The notes: a model not told the origin generated them from the letters alone. A stretch of 37,576 nt of DNA from Octopus bimaculoides (GCF_001194135.2 NC_068983.1:63957287-63994862), one strand, 5' to 3'; numbered from the stretch's first letter, positions 1-11,751 are shown. Translations and numbers: made by a program.

Positions 1-62
1 AAAAGCTCTACATTGTATTTGTCCCATCTTCTTTGAGCCCTGTGTGGCTAATAAAAGAAACG

Positions 63-107
<45 letters not shown>

Positions 108-172
108 GTCTATCTATCTGTCTATCTATCTATCTATTTTTATATACATGTTTGTATATATATATATGTGGA

Positions 173-251
<79 letters not shown>

Positions 252-258
252 CGAGATA
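63..258. repeat. Compound microsatellite: (TATC)n followed by (GA)n
   Basis: Seen directly: (TATC)n at about 63-136 and (GA)n at about 175-258. These explain the IYLS/ERER ORFs in the track. Confidence 0.97.
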
Positions 259-503
259 GACACAAGAAAACACAAGCACATATATATAAGCACACAATTA
301 TATTTGTACTTACACGTAGATATGCACTTACTCATATACACGCGAGAGAGATGTGTGGGGGCAAGTGTGTTGTTATTCACAATTATCTGTTTTTGCATGC
401 CCTATGTCTCATGTATGCATCATACGCGTGAATAAATATCCATGTATACACGTCTAATGCTTGTATCTACGTATTACTGTATATGAGCAGATGCATATAC
501 ACG

Positions 504-749
504 GGCGAGGGATGGTGAAAAGTGTCTAATCTTGGGTAAAAGAAAATACAGGAAGATCAGTTAAGTACGATTTTATTCAATATATTCCCCTCTTAGGGCA
601 ATTTATTTCAGAGGTCCTTCAGTTTTTCTAAAATTATTTCAGAGGTCCTTCAGTTTTTCTAAGCCCTGTAAAAGAACTCGGAATGTTTGATCTCCAATCA
701 GATTTTCGCAATATCCTTAAAGCCAGGAACTTTCCGGCACACCCTGGTA
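504..749 (+). mobile_element. Mariner-type MITE, copy 1
   Basis: Degenerate termini CGAGGGATGGTGAAAAGT... and ...AGCCAGGAACTTTCCGGCACACCCTGGTA. The body (AAAGAAAATACAGGAAGATCAGTTAA...GGTCCTTCAGTTTTTCTAAGCCCTGTAAAAGAACTCGG) aligns to the reverse complement of 12877-13092 and 33000-33175. Contains an internal 31-bp-period duplication. Confidence 0.85.
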
Positions 750-776
750 TAAAGGAACCTATATTTTGTTCATGAA

Positions 777-828
777 AGCACATGGCTCAGCGGTTAGAGC
801 ATCGGGCTCACAATCATGAGACTGTGTG
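777..828 (+). mobile_element. tRNA-derived SINE head fragment
   Basis: CATGGCTCAGCGGTTAGAGC carries a Pol III A-box (TRGCNNARYGG-like) and resembles the SINE heads at 15430 and 32606. Truncated before the B-box. Confidence 0.55.
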
Positions 829-939
829 TGTGTGTAATTGTGTATTTATGTGTGTGGATGTTCTTCATATTCTTAAACTAAGTAACACGACTTCTAAAGG
901 ATATACATACATGTAAACGCATATGTATATATGCCTGTA

Positions 940-940
<1 letters not shown>

Positions 941-996
<56 letters not shown>

Positions 997-1040
997 CTAG
1001 ATATGTGTGTGTGTGTGTGTGTTGTGTGCGTGTGTGCGTG
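941..1040. repeat. (TATC)n then (TG)n microsatellite
   Basis: Seen directly. Confidence 0.95.
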
Positions 1041-1541
1041 AGTTTGTGTTATGTGTGTATGTATACAAAGACACACAGACACACATGCATATATATGTTA
1101 TTTGCTCACATATATACAACGTTAGCATTCACTATGGAATTCACTATTCATGCCAAAATTATTACCGCTAATATACTGATACTTTAATTTTATTTTTTTA
1201 TCGAATATTTACAATTTTTAAGACCATTATAATAACATTCCTTATCATTTAAGTTTTCTATTTACTATAATGTTAAATTTAATATTTTATTAATACCATT
1301 ATAAATCCATTTCTTATCTTTGGTAAGTTTCATGTTATCTGCCGCCATACAAATAAAAAAAAAGTATGTTAGTCATTATTGTTTTTCAACAAAAATTACA
1401 AAAACTGAAAATTCAGCAAATTCTGAAAATGTACTATCACTACACAAAACATTAATACAAAAATACTAACAACGATTAATTGCGAAGATTTATTTTAGCA
1501 GAGCTTTGTTACCTTTTCTCGTTTTAGCTTTCTTTCGTTTA

Positions 1542-1694
1542 ACATCTTCTTACACCCTGATTCCTTTCTCTCCTTTCCTATTCATTCATTACTATGTGAA
1601 TATATTCACACGATTTTCGACTACTAAACCCTTTGAGTTTTATTAACCTAACTGCCCCTTCTTTGTTTACGCGGCACAAAATTTGATAATACTG
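1542..1694 (+). repeat. Dispersed repeat of about 150 bp, copy A
   Basis: Shares TTCTTACACCCTGATTC...TTTTATTAAC(C)TAACTGCCCCTTCTTTGTTT..CGCG...TAATACTG with 2701-2847 in the same orientation. Confidence 0.85.
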
Positions 1695-1784
1695 GAATAA
1701 AAAAGCCTTTGCATCGCTAAGTGTTTTCTGGTTTTTAAAAAAGAAATAGATGCACGTCTGTAGCTTTCTAGCCTTTTCGCTATC

Positions 1785-1796
1785 ATATATACATAC

Positions 1797-1854
<58 letters not shown>

Positions 1855-1863
1855 GTGTGTGTG
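1785..1863. repeat. (TA)n/(TG)n microsatellite
   Basis: Seen directly. Confidence 0.95.
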
Positions 1864-1892
1864 TACAGAGAGAGAGAAAATTATGTAGATAG

Positions 1893-1942
1893 GGGTGCTC
1901 CAGCATGGCTGCAGTGAAATAACTGAGACAAGTAAAAGAATA
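1893..1942 (+). mobile_element. SINE 3' tail fragment
   Basis: GGTGCTCCAGCATGGCTGCAGTGAAATAACTGAGACAAGTAAAAGAATA is similar to the reverse complement of the start of 23228-23402 (TCTTTTACATGTTTCAGTCATTGGACTGCCGCCATG..GAGCACC). Confidence 0.7.
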
Positions 1943-2700
1943 GTAAATTTTCTAAATGAACCCACTGCATTTCAGTTAAAAATAGCCACCGCAGCAACGC
2001 AGCTACAAAATCTCTAGAATATTGTTTGACAAAACAATTTTCGCCGCCGTTTAATCATTCTCCAATAAAGCCTTAAAACAGTTAGTTGAAGGGAAAATTT
2101 GAGTACATATATGGTCTCACAGAAACGGCAATATAACAAACGAAATCAAAGCGAAAAACAAATATCTTGTTCTATCCAGTCTTCAACCAAAACATACCAA
2201 AAGTCTAAGGGAGTAACATTTTTGGCACCAATTAGGAAACGTTATCTACGGCGGAATTAGTAGCTAAGATCAAATTACTTAATCGATGAATAATGGAATA
2301 TCTAGAAAACAAGAATCGAAAACAAAGGCCATTATAATGAATAGAGATCATGCCCATTCCATGGATGACTCTCAAGAAATAAATAATCTAAAACGCAAAA
2401 GATTTTAATAGTTACAAAAGGCCATTAAGACAACGAATAAAACATTCCAAGTCAGATATGCAACACATTGTAAGATAAAGTTTAGCTCTGCCTTAGTGAG
2501 ATTCGAAACCGAATCCACACACTTGTTACTCTTGTCAGATGAATGTCTTATTCCATCATGTTTTATTTCCATGCTGGGAGATTGATGGGAAACATCTGAC
2601 TTCCTAGGACCATTGCTGTTTACGGAAGGGTCAGTTCATTGCTTTACGTTGGCCATACCCTATGTAACTGGAATCGTCCCTCCCTCGCCCTCTTCATTTT

Positions 2701-2847
2701 ACATTTTCTTACACCCTGATTCTTTTCTTTCTTTCTCTATACGTTCATTACAATGTGTATATTCTCACACGCTTTTCCAATTATAAACTCTTTCAATTTT
2801 ATTAACTAACTGCCCCTTCTTTGTTTTCGCGAGACATTTCTAATACT
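2701..2847 (+). repeat. Dispersed repeat of about 150 bp, copy B
   Basis: Direct, diverged copy of 1542-1694. Confidence 0.85.
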
Positions 2848-3475
2848 GTCAGCCGTGAACCAGGAGCAATTGCATCGGCCGAATGGAAAGGGACAACGTA
2901 ATCCTTACACTTTCTTTATATTTGTCAGCAGAATGCACAGTACAGTTTACACACTACTAACTACCAGCGCGCCACCAACACGTCATTACTATTGCCAATT
3001 ACTACTATGTATATTTTACCAACCACTTCCTGCAAATATATAAGTAACATTGTTCTTTTAACTTCGACGTTGTTATTATGCTGTTTAATCCTGCTTTCGA
3101 CTGTCTAGATATGGTGACCCTTCGCATCGTACCACTACATTTAATTACCTCCATGTACACACATCTGTTCGTTGCAACATTCACAATTACCATACAATAA
3201 TGATGGAATGGATGCATCTCAAAAACTCTTTCATGTTATGATAGTAATTAGTATAAATATAAAGTAGACTACAGTAGGAAGTAATGAATCTTACATAAAT
3301 GATTTACGGTTATGCTTATCGTGCATCACAGAAAATTATTACACAATTGCAAGGAAAGAACATGTATTTTGAAGTGCATACATGAAGATATCTCGTTGCA
3401 AACACACCAATAATTCATTTAAAAACATTTTCTGAATTGCAAATACGTTGAATAGATAACGACGCAACGAAAAAT

Positions 3476-4540
3476 AAGTCAGGTCAGATGTGGTGGCATG
3501 TGCCGTTACAGCGTGTTGCTGAATTCATCATTTGTCGATTTATTTCTGGGGGTTATCGAGCAATCTCTCAAGAAGAGTGACAAATAGTCCACGCCTTTGC
3601 GAGATACGTCTTCATCCGCTCTGACCGTGTCGCATGTAGTCAACCAACACTAGCCGTTAACCCAGCCGGATCCTTAGTGAAGAGACTACGGTAAACAAAG
3701 TCTCACTCGGAAAATCGAGCAACATCATCAAATAATGTGAGCTGGCGCTCCTCAATCAAACAAGTAACCGGACACATCCCACTTTCTGAGTAGAGTCGTA
3801 GGCAGGACACGAAATCCGATCAATCATACCCTATAAACTCGTGAAACGCAAGGCAGCAAAGGCAGTTAGGCGGCTCCTAAAGGTCCTGGACACTATCCAA
3901 TGCTCACAATAATAGAGCAGGACAAGGAAGACCACAGACCTGAAGACCCGAACTATTGTCCTCCTTCATAGATATTAAGAATACCAAACACCTTTGTCCA
4001 ATATGTCCACAACTGCACCAAATCACTTAAACATTTTTAGGACTTCAGGCTCGCAGCTAATACTACTATGAATCTTACTACCGAGGTAAGTGAAGCAGTT
4101 AACAAATTCGAAGTTCTCACCTGCAACAAAGGTAGATATGGTGGAGCCCCCCAAGAAGCCGATGAAGGACTGGATCATTTTCTTCATCCAAGAGAATCTA
4201 AGTTCAAATTGTTCTGCTTCCTCTTAGAGTAACTAGACTGCTCCCATTAAGACATCAAGAGGCTCAGCAAGAATGACTGCTTCGTCCATAAAATCTGGAT
4301 CTGTAATGGTAATTTCACCATTGAGTGCACCACAACTTGATCAAACCACGATTTGCCCAAATATTCAATACCTATACGCATTGAACGGAGTGAATCAAGA
4401 CACAACCGTGACCCCAGAATTAATTGAGAAAAAATGAAATGTTAAACCCGCAATCCAAGCTGCACTGACTGACCATCATGAGCCTAGTCAGTTGCTTTGG
4501 AGAAATCTGGATTGTAGAGCTTGAAGGTTATAAATAACAC
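3476..4540 (-). mobile_element. RTE-clade LINE, 5'-truncated and decayed (RT C-terminal half and 3' tail)
   Basis: Minus-strand translation across stops and frameshifts gives NSGV/GCVL, a degenerate catalytic DFMDEAVILAE (FMDE at 4281-4292, normally FADD), ENFEFVNCFTYLGS (4077-4094), VRVFRSVVFLVLLY and LIEERQLTLF. It ends in an ...ACATCTGACCTGAC tail at about 3476-3490. These are RTE-clade RT motifs. Confidence 0.88.
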
Positions 4541-4820
4541 AATCAATACGACTTTACAAGAAAATCACTGAAACAAGCAGCACACAAGGGATGTTTGTTT
4601 AAACTATCCTCGAGACAGCAGGAATAGTTTAGAAAAACACTGAGACTGCACAGTTGCCTAGCTAAAAATAATAAAAAACGACCACTGAATTGAATAATAA
4701 AAAACGATACATAGAAGATATTGAAAATAATATGTAGATAATTGAACAATGTATTGTGTAACCTCAGTACCTTTTATTGAGTAATCTCACTATAGTTTCT
4801 GTTTCGCATATATAAGATAT

Positions 4821-4950
4821 GTGTGTATGTGTATGTGCGTGTATAAGTATATATACATATACATATATATATGCATATGTATGAATACATATGTATATGT
4901 ATGAATACATATGTATATGTATGTACGTATGCATACATATGTATACGTAC
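4821..4950. repeat. TA/TATG/CATA-rich low-complexity microsatellite
   Basis: Seen directly; abuts the 5' truncation point of the Penelope-like element. Confidence 0.9.
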
Positions 4951-4951
4951 G

Positions 4952-6900
4952 TTCGCCGGATATGTTTTACCATCATCACTCGGGAGTAGCCATGGGAACG
5001 GGAATGGGCCCCAACTATGCGAACCTGTTCAGTGGCTACATTGAGGCCCAAATATTCTCATGATTCACTTATCTCATTCCCGAATTATACGGTCGTTATA
5101 TTGATGACTGCATCGGTGCTACCTCACTCTCCCGCAAATAACTAGACACCTTCCTCTCTTTTGTCCAATCCTTCCATCCTGCCCTCGAAATCTCCTGCAC
5201 TATTTCCAACACTTCCGTCGAATTTCTCGACATGTCTATCAACATACACCATCCCTCTCTCACTACCACCATCAACTACAAACACACCGACTCACACTCT
5301 TACCGTAATTTCTCCTTCTCCAACCCTACCCACACCACGCTCTCCATCCCGTACTCCCAATTCCTCTGTCTGCGCAAGCTCTGCAGTGACAACTATGACT
5401 TTGAGACTCACTCTCAACTCATGGCGCGCAAATTCATCTTTTGTGGATATCCACTCACCACTATCCTCACAGCCTTTGTCAGAGCACGCTCCGTGGACTG
5501 CGTTTCTGATTTCTCTCCGCGCACCTGCCGTTGCCCTCTCTCGTTTCCCCTCACCTACCACCCCTCCACTCTACCCCTCCAACGCACCATTTTCGAGCCT
5601 TCTGGCGACTGCAGTCCGACCCCTCCACCTCGCACATCTTCCCCAACTAACCATTCCTTCCTTCATATTAGCCTACAACCTACGCGACTGCCTGTTCCTC
5701 AGTTTCTTTCCTAACCCCATTTCACAACCTGACTCGTTCCCCTGCTCCCGTCCACGATGCTACACTTGCCTATACTCTCCAGCATCTATCCTCGCAGACA
5801 CCCATCATCATTCCTATCATATCACCGACTCCTTTATCTGCACTTCTAACAACGTCATTTACGACATCTCCTGCCCTTTCTGCCCTTCTGTGTACATCGG
5901 TCAAACGGGATGCCGCTTGGCTGAGGGTTCGCGGAACATCTTCGAGACATCAGACACAGTAATGACACCCCGGTCTAGAGCCATTTCTGCTCTACCGGTC
6001 ATTTAATACACCAACTATCTGTGTTTGGGTTGCCTTAGCACAGGCGCCATCCGGTCTCCCGCCTTCGCCGTAAAAAAGAATTAATCTTCTCTCTTCGCTC
6101 CTTTGCGCCATATGGGCTCAACTCTCCTCCTCTCCTCTCTCCCCTCTCCATCTGACACTTATTTCCTCTCTTCACTACTACCCACCTCTCCACTCATCCC
6201 TTCCTATGATATCTACCTCCTCTGTTCCCTTCTACACACCTCTCTTCATTGATACCCCCAGTTCACGCATCCTATACCACATACCACATCCACTCCACCC
6301 CACAGCACCACAGCACCCTGCCCTAATACTTCTACCCCACAATCCCACACTACCACACTACACCACCCTACACCCCCATCCCCCCACAATACCACACTCC
6401 ACATCACATCCACCACCCAACACCCTCCACACACTAGCACTGACGCTTCCCAGCACCCACACCATGCACCGTCACCCGCACTCCCACACACCGTCATCCA
6501 CACACCTACACGTTACAGACACACACACTTACACATCCACACACGTCAAAGTCACTAGCCCCGATCCACACACACACACACACACACATTTAGACATTCA
6601 CACTTACACATAAACATTCACACATACACACACATGCACGCGCATCTCCATCTTGAGATCCCCAATACTTTATCATCTCCCCTTCTTTCAACTTCTCCTG
6701 TCAAACCTTTCATTTCCAACCAGTCACCATGCTTGACCGCTAAATCCAAGTTTATTTTCTCTTATTCCTGCCTGTAGAATAGTTTAGGCTCGAAAAATGA
6801 CTTTTTCACTTTCCCGAGCGTCAAGCTAAAACAGCTGCTTGTTGTTCATACACCTGTCTTCGTCTTTTGTTTTTCTGTAAATTTCAACTATATATATACA
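4952..6900 (+). mobile_element. Penelope-like retroelement (PLE), 5'-truncated, with C-rich 3' region and pseudo-LTR-like tail
   Basis: Coding remnant at 4983-6122 (next feature), then a C/A-rich tract (about 6125-6640) and a T-rich tail (about 6650-6900) ending at (TA)n. Assigning the tail to the element is inference. Confidence 0.8.
4983..6122 (+). pseudogene. PLE reverse transcriptase and GIY-YIG endonuclease, disrupted
   Basis: Frame +3 gives GVAMGTGMGPNYANLF (4983), GRYIDD (5091-5108), EFLDMSI, YKHTDSHSY, SIPYSQFLCLRKLCSD, CGYP and PLTYHP, with stops at 5061 and 5139. After a frameshift: CSRPRCYTC, then NVIYDISCPFCPSVYIGQTG (5851-5910) and a C-terminal ELIFSLRSFAPYGLN (6078-6122). These are PLE RT and GIY-YIG motifs. 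Confidence 0.93.
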
Positions 6901-6922
6901 GACATACACGTCAGTCTCAAAA

Positions 6923-7380
6923 TAGGTAACACTACAATTTATATGTATTGTAGTATGTTTAATGTAGTAAATACTCGAACTGGTTTCTATCGACTGTGCA
7001 ACATTCCTCAAATGTGTATAAAACTCTATGATACGACACAGATTCCGATTTGCATTTATGTTAGTATTTGCTTTCGATATGATTTGTTGTACTGTTTTAG
7101 ACTTTCTCTCATATACATTATTCTTCAATACGCTCACCATGCTCCAAATATGTCAAGTTAGGTGAATTTCGTGGCCTTGCTATGCTGCCACTTCGTCCGA
7201 TCTGTGGGAAATAATAAATAAAGGAATAAAAATAAAAATAAGGTCTCTGTATAAAGTCATAATAAATAAAATAGTCTTCTGGATATGTTTGCAGAATGTT
7301 GCATAGTCGATAGAAGCGTGTTCGAGCATTTACGAGTTTAAATATACTAAAACAGAAATAAATTGTAAAGTGTATACCTA
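6923..7380. mobile_element. Non-autonomous element (MITE-like) with long imperfect inverted arms
   Basis: 6923-7020 (TAGGTAACACTACAATTT...GTAAATACTCGAAC..TTCTATCGACTGTGCAACATTC) matches the reverse complement of 7281-7380 (TAGGTATACACTTTACAATTT...GTAAATGCTCGAAC..TTCTATCGACTATGCAACATTC). Both ends terminate in TA. No coding capacity. Confidence 0.75.
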
Positions 7381-7486
7381 CATGTTGACCTCCCTCTATA
7401 TATCCATGAATGCATACATACGTACTAAACATAATCACAGACACACAAATACGCGTACACACAGGCTCGCTCGCACCCCCCCCCCC

Positions 7487-7506
7487 NNNNNNNNNNNNNN
7501 NNNNNN
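7487..7506. other. Assembly gap (N run)
   Basis: Ns, next to a poly-C run. Confidence 1.
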
Positions 7507-9959
7507 ACCCACACACCCACACCCACACCCACACACCAACACACACACGCACGTACATGAAGACAGAAAGATAGAAACAAGGACAGACCTACATATGCAC
7601 ACGCGAAATATATACATTAAGATGATTCTATCTAAAATTTTATATTATGCTATTTAGTTGTCTGCACATTTACTATAAATTTTATCCGATAAAGTTCCTA
7701 AGTTTTGCCTGTTGTTCGTGTTTTTTCTTTTCTATTAGTCTGTTCAATCCTCGGTTCTCAAATCTATTACACACCCAATATTCATTTTATGAAAGGTATT
7801 TATTTTTATCGTAATATATATTATACACATATCGTATATATTTTATCTAAATATGGCAGGTGGACGTGTAATATATTCCATATAGTTTCCAATACAACTG
7901 CAACAACAATAATGTTGTTTTGTTTTTGTGCACAGATTATTTTCTCCTTTGCTTTAAAGTCTATTACAAATTTTAGAATAATATTTATTTTATTCTTAGA
8001 ATTTATTCTTCTGTAAAGCTATTCGGTTATAAATGTAAATAATAAATAACTGAAAGAAAATAGTTAGAAAGAAAGAGGTATCGATTAGAAATTAAAGCAC
8101 CACTAAATGATATTTTATAAAATTTTATTGCAGCTATACCTACATACGTATATGCTTGTGTGTGTATATAAAACAATATTATCACGAAGGATTTTCACCG
8201 GCATCAAAAACATGCTTCGACTTACATAATGTATTTATCACAAGCTTGAACGATTCCACGTGAATTTATATAGGACAATGGCACTAAATCACTAAAACAT
8301 TTTCCCAAATCTCATTTATTCGGCGCTCTGTTCACTGTGTCATTCAAAATACCGTATATACGTAGAACGCTTGTTTTTTTTTTGTTTTTTTTTTAAGAAA
8401 ATTTCATTTACCTAAAGCAACTGTAATAGGTATTTAAAATACCTATTCTCCGTCAATAGTTTGAGCTACCGTGTGTTATATGTTCCATTCATCTTGTAAT
8501 ATATAGCATAGAGATCGGTGACATATCAACCGCTTAGGTTCTTAGCATCTATACATATCATAATTCTATGATAGGAAGATCAGCAACAGGAAATCCTGGC
8601 TTGTTGTTGAGATTTAATACAAATATTTCGGATTCCTTCTAATAATGGTTTCTTCCCGCCGTCCTTAGACATTCTAGATTAGCAGTTAAATCACCTGCAA
8701 GCCATATGTTACTGTCTTAAAGTAAGGATTCATTCAAAAATATAATCTGCAAAGACATGAATAATCAAATCTCAAATGCTATAGATTGTAATCTCTGTTA
8801 AATTATGTTTGATTGCTGGCTAAACAGCAACAACAAACACGATATATTTAGTCACCGTAAGGTTTGAAATTATTATTTTGGAGAAAGACAATCATCTAAT
8901 GATTGAGCTAATTAGGTGAGTAACGGATACTCTAAATTAGAGTGACAAAAGCAACAGCAAATATTGGCTCCTGGTATTTTACTGCCTTGCCTGAATATGA
9001 TCCTTGATATCTCGCAACGAACATGTACACAGTTGACATTATTATAACTGCAAACTATGGATTACATCCGTTCCAGGTAGTGTATTTGGTGAATAGTAAC
9101 AAACGTAAGGAAGGTGTAATGTTTACAACACACAAACCCCACTCCCTTTTAAAGAGTTTGCTAATAAATGAAGAGCCCTTGGCAAGATACGGTAGCTCAA
9201 TTACTAGTCCAATCCCTACGCAAACTAGAGAATTTTCCGGATTTAGTTTACAGTGCATTGCAACAAAACAGTAATTAGACTAGATCTGCAGCTGAAAAAT
9301 CAGTTATATATTGCAAAAAGTGTTATTTGTATATATTTGTGCATTGGTCAAAGAGCTGGATTGATCAGGGTTAAAAATCAGTTTAACATCAGAATTCAAT
9401 GTGCTGTAATGTCTTTATTGATGTTGCTATTTGAACAAACCTATCATATGGCATTCCAGCTATGATCATATCATTCTATTCCACAATACGTTACGAAATA
9501 TATAATCCGAATGAGATGTGGATTCTATTTATAGTAGGCCAGGTGAACATGGAGAGGTTACCTGATTTTCCTTTAAAATATCTTCGTTGTTGTTGTTTAG
9601 CCTGCGATCGAACCTAAATGAGCAGAGATTCAATCAACATTTCTACGCCTAGCCACACGAGGTTTTGTGGATTGGAGCTAGATGATTTAATATGTCCTTA
9701 CTTTAAGATAGTAGAATGCGACTAGAATGAGTTATAGCTGATGATTCTAGCACCTCTACAAATTATACAAATGCTCAGTCATGTGGAGAAAATCAAAATT
9801 CTAGTACAAAATCTCACCGGCAGCAAATTCAAAGTTTCTGCGGCTGGCATGATCTGCAACCGTCTTGTAATGTAAAGCACACACCGAGAAGGAGCAAAAA
9901 CTAACCAATAGGGTATATCTCTAATCTCTATAATGGTATGTAATACTGATATATTAGAC

Positions 9960-10212
9960 CAGTGGTTCCCAATCTTCTTTTTACCTATGGACATTCTTTG
10001 ATTCCTATTTTATTCTACTGGTCCCTCATAACCACTGAATATTCAGAAAATCCTATTATATTTTTATATATAAGTATTAGGAATTGTATGTTAAAATTGC
10101 TAAATTGTGTATCGTAGAAATATAAACCAATATACTGGCTGTTGCCCATTTTAACAACGTCTTATATGGATCTAAAATGGTCATATGGACTCTACTTAAA
10201 AAAAAAACATTG
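9960..10212. mobile_element. hAT-type MITE
   Basis: The left end CAGTGGTTCCCAA is a typical hAT (Charlie-like) terminus; the right end is decayed (...ACATTG). The 8-bp flanks TATTAGAC (9952-9959) and TGTTAGAT (10213-10220) match at 6 of 8 positions, consistent with an 8-bp TSD. Confidence 0.65.
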
Positions 10213-10529
10213 TGTTAGATGAATGGGATATCTAACACACAGCGCCTAATACTATTGATAAAGAATAATTTTCATCACGTTTCACGGATCGGGATATTCA
10301 TTAAGGAAACTGGTGGATTCTTTGGAATGATGCTGAGTGAAAGCATCATCACAGCTTCTTCATAAACTGCAAAAGATAACCAGTGAAAAAATTAAGCTTC
10401 AGATTTTTTAAAATACTGAATAGTCAGTGATGTAGAGATGTATGTACAGTTGTGTTTGAGAGGATGAGAGTACATATATCACTATCAACAAACAAGTAAT
10501 TCTTCTGATTGGTTGATAGACCTACGAGT

Positions 10530-10710
10530 AATACTGGTCTCAAATTTTGGAACAAGGCGAGCAAATTTCGGGAGAAAGGATAAGTCGGCCCCAGTACTCA
10601 ACTGGTATTATTTTATCGACTTCGAAAGGCAAAAGTACCTTCCGTGGTACTTGAAATCGGATCATAAAGCCAGAAGACTTGCTAGAAATATTGACCAAGT
10701 TTCCTACATA
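10530..10710 (-). mobile_element. SINE fragment (core region)
   Basis: TACTGGTCTCAAATTTTGGAACAAGGC...CCCCAGTACTCAACTGGTATTATTTTATCGAC..CGAAAGG resembles a common octopus SINE core as I recall it. Family not verified. Confidence 0.6.
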
Positions 10711-10852
10711 TTACGTTAATTGCTTCAAGACGGGGGAGATATTTGGTAAAACAGCTGCAGATGCACAATATTCGACAGAACGTCAGAATAGCTATGGTTG
10801 AATCGATTTTATCAGCTTTCCTTACATCTGAATTTTCCAGAGCTAAGCATCA

Positions 10853-10923
10853 ACAGCAAAAATAACAACAACAACAACAACAAAACAACAACAACAACAA
10901 AACAATAACAACAGCAACAACAA
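10853..10923. repeat. (CAA)n microsatellite
   Basis: Seen directly. Confidence 0.93.
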
Positions 10924-11459
10924 ATACGTCAGGAAAAACAAATTACAACTGTACTATAGCAGCACGATAAAGACTGCACTAGTCTTTGTGATTTGATAAA
11001 TTCATGTCGATATAGACGCAGATCACTAAAGTTATTCGAATTATCAGATGATATACAAGCTTAACTAAATTTTTAAGCAGAGGCTTTTGGGATTGCTTGA
11101 CAAGAAGTGACATTCAAATAACGAGATTTAACTCCACCACGTATAAGCTATTGCATCATCACTTTCGAATATTAACTCTACATGATAATCTCTCGTTATT
11201 AACACCAGTAGAATATTAACGTAGCGTGGAAATGAAGAGTATTTGGTTGACTTGCAAAGTGTTTTCATTTTTTCCAGGGTTAGTATAGAATCCGTTTTAT
11301 GGAAAGATTCATCTTTTATCTGTCGTATCAAATGGCAAGAACCGCTCGTATGGCTTCCTTATTATTTGAATGAATCCCTTAGTGTTAACGCGTGCGCACC
11401 TACACACAGATACAGACAAAGAAACGCATATGAACACATGCTCCCATCCACACAACTCC

Positions 11460-11710
11460 CGCATACATACACACACATACACGCACGCACACACACACAC
11501 ACATGCACACACACACACACCTAGCATTGCACTTGAGTTACTTGAAAGGTTGGTTTCCGTGCGTCTGTTGGAGGCATTTCCTTCATAAAGACCTTGGATT
11601 ATTGATTGCAAGTTTGCAATGCTAGAAAACGAGAAGCCGTTAAAAGAGAAAGAGCGAGTTCGAAAAAGAGCGAGAGAGCGAAATAGAGAGAGAGAAAGAG
11701 AGAGAGAGAA

Positions 11711-11751
<41 letters not shown>

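Noticed and set aside
33-435. ORFs of 70-130 aa at the window start, and similar ones at 11309, 13371, 31669 and 33642
   Set aside because: Translations are dinucleotide or tetranucleotide repeat artefacts (IYLS, ERER, HTHT, CVCV, MYVC).
5161-5650. N-terminal part of the 281-aa ORF as a Ser/Pro/Thr-rich protein
   Set aside because: It is an alternative frame of the C-rich PLE RT; only its C-terminal third (linker and GIY-YIG) is the real frame.
6206-6613. His/Pro/Thr-rich 135-aa ORF
   Set aside because: Low-complexity C/A-rich tract downstream of the PLE coding region; no motif.
7626-8135. Possible second inverted-arm element (TAAAATTTTATA...ATTTAGT at both ends)
   Set aside because: The match is short and almost entirely A/T, plausible by chance at this composition; no TSD.
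8590-8680. Minus-strand short ORF MSKDGGKKPLL..., superficially like the TMA7 N-terminus
   Set aside because: Similarity is limited to a few residues, the rest does not match, and it stops after 30 codons.
10325-10350. ATGATGCT-gagtgaa-AGCATCAT hairpin as a snoRNA or ribozyme
   Set aside because: A single 8-bp stem; C/D-like boxes are adjacent rather than spaced, and there is no hammerhead topology.
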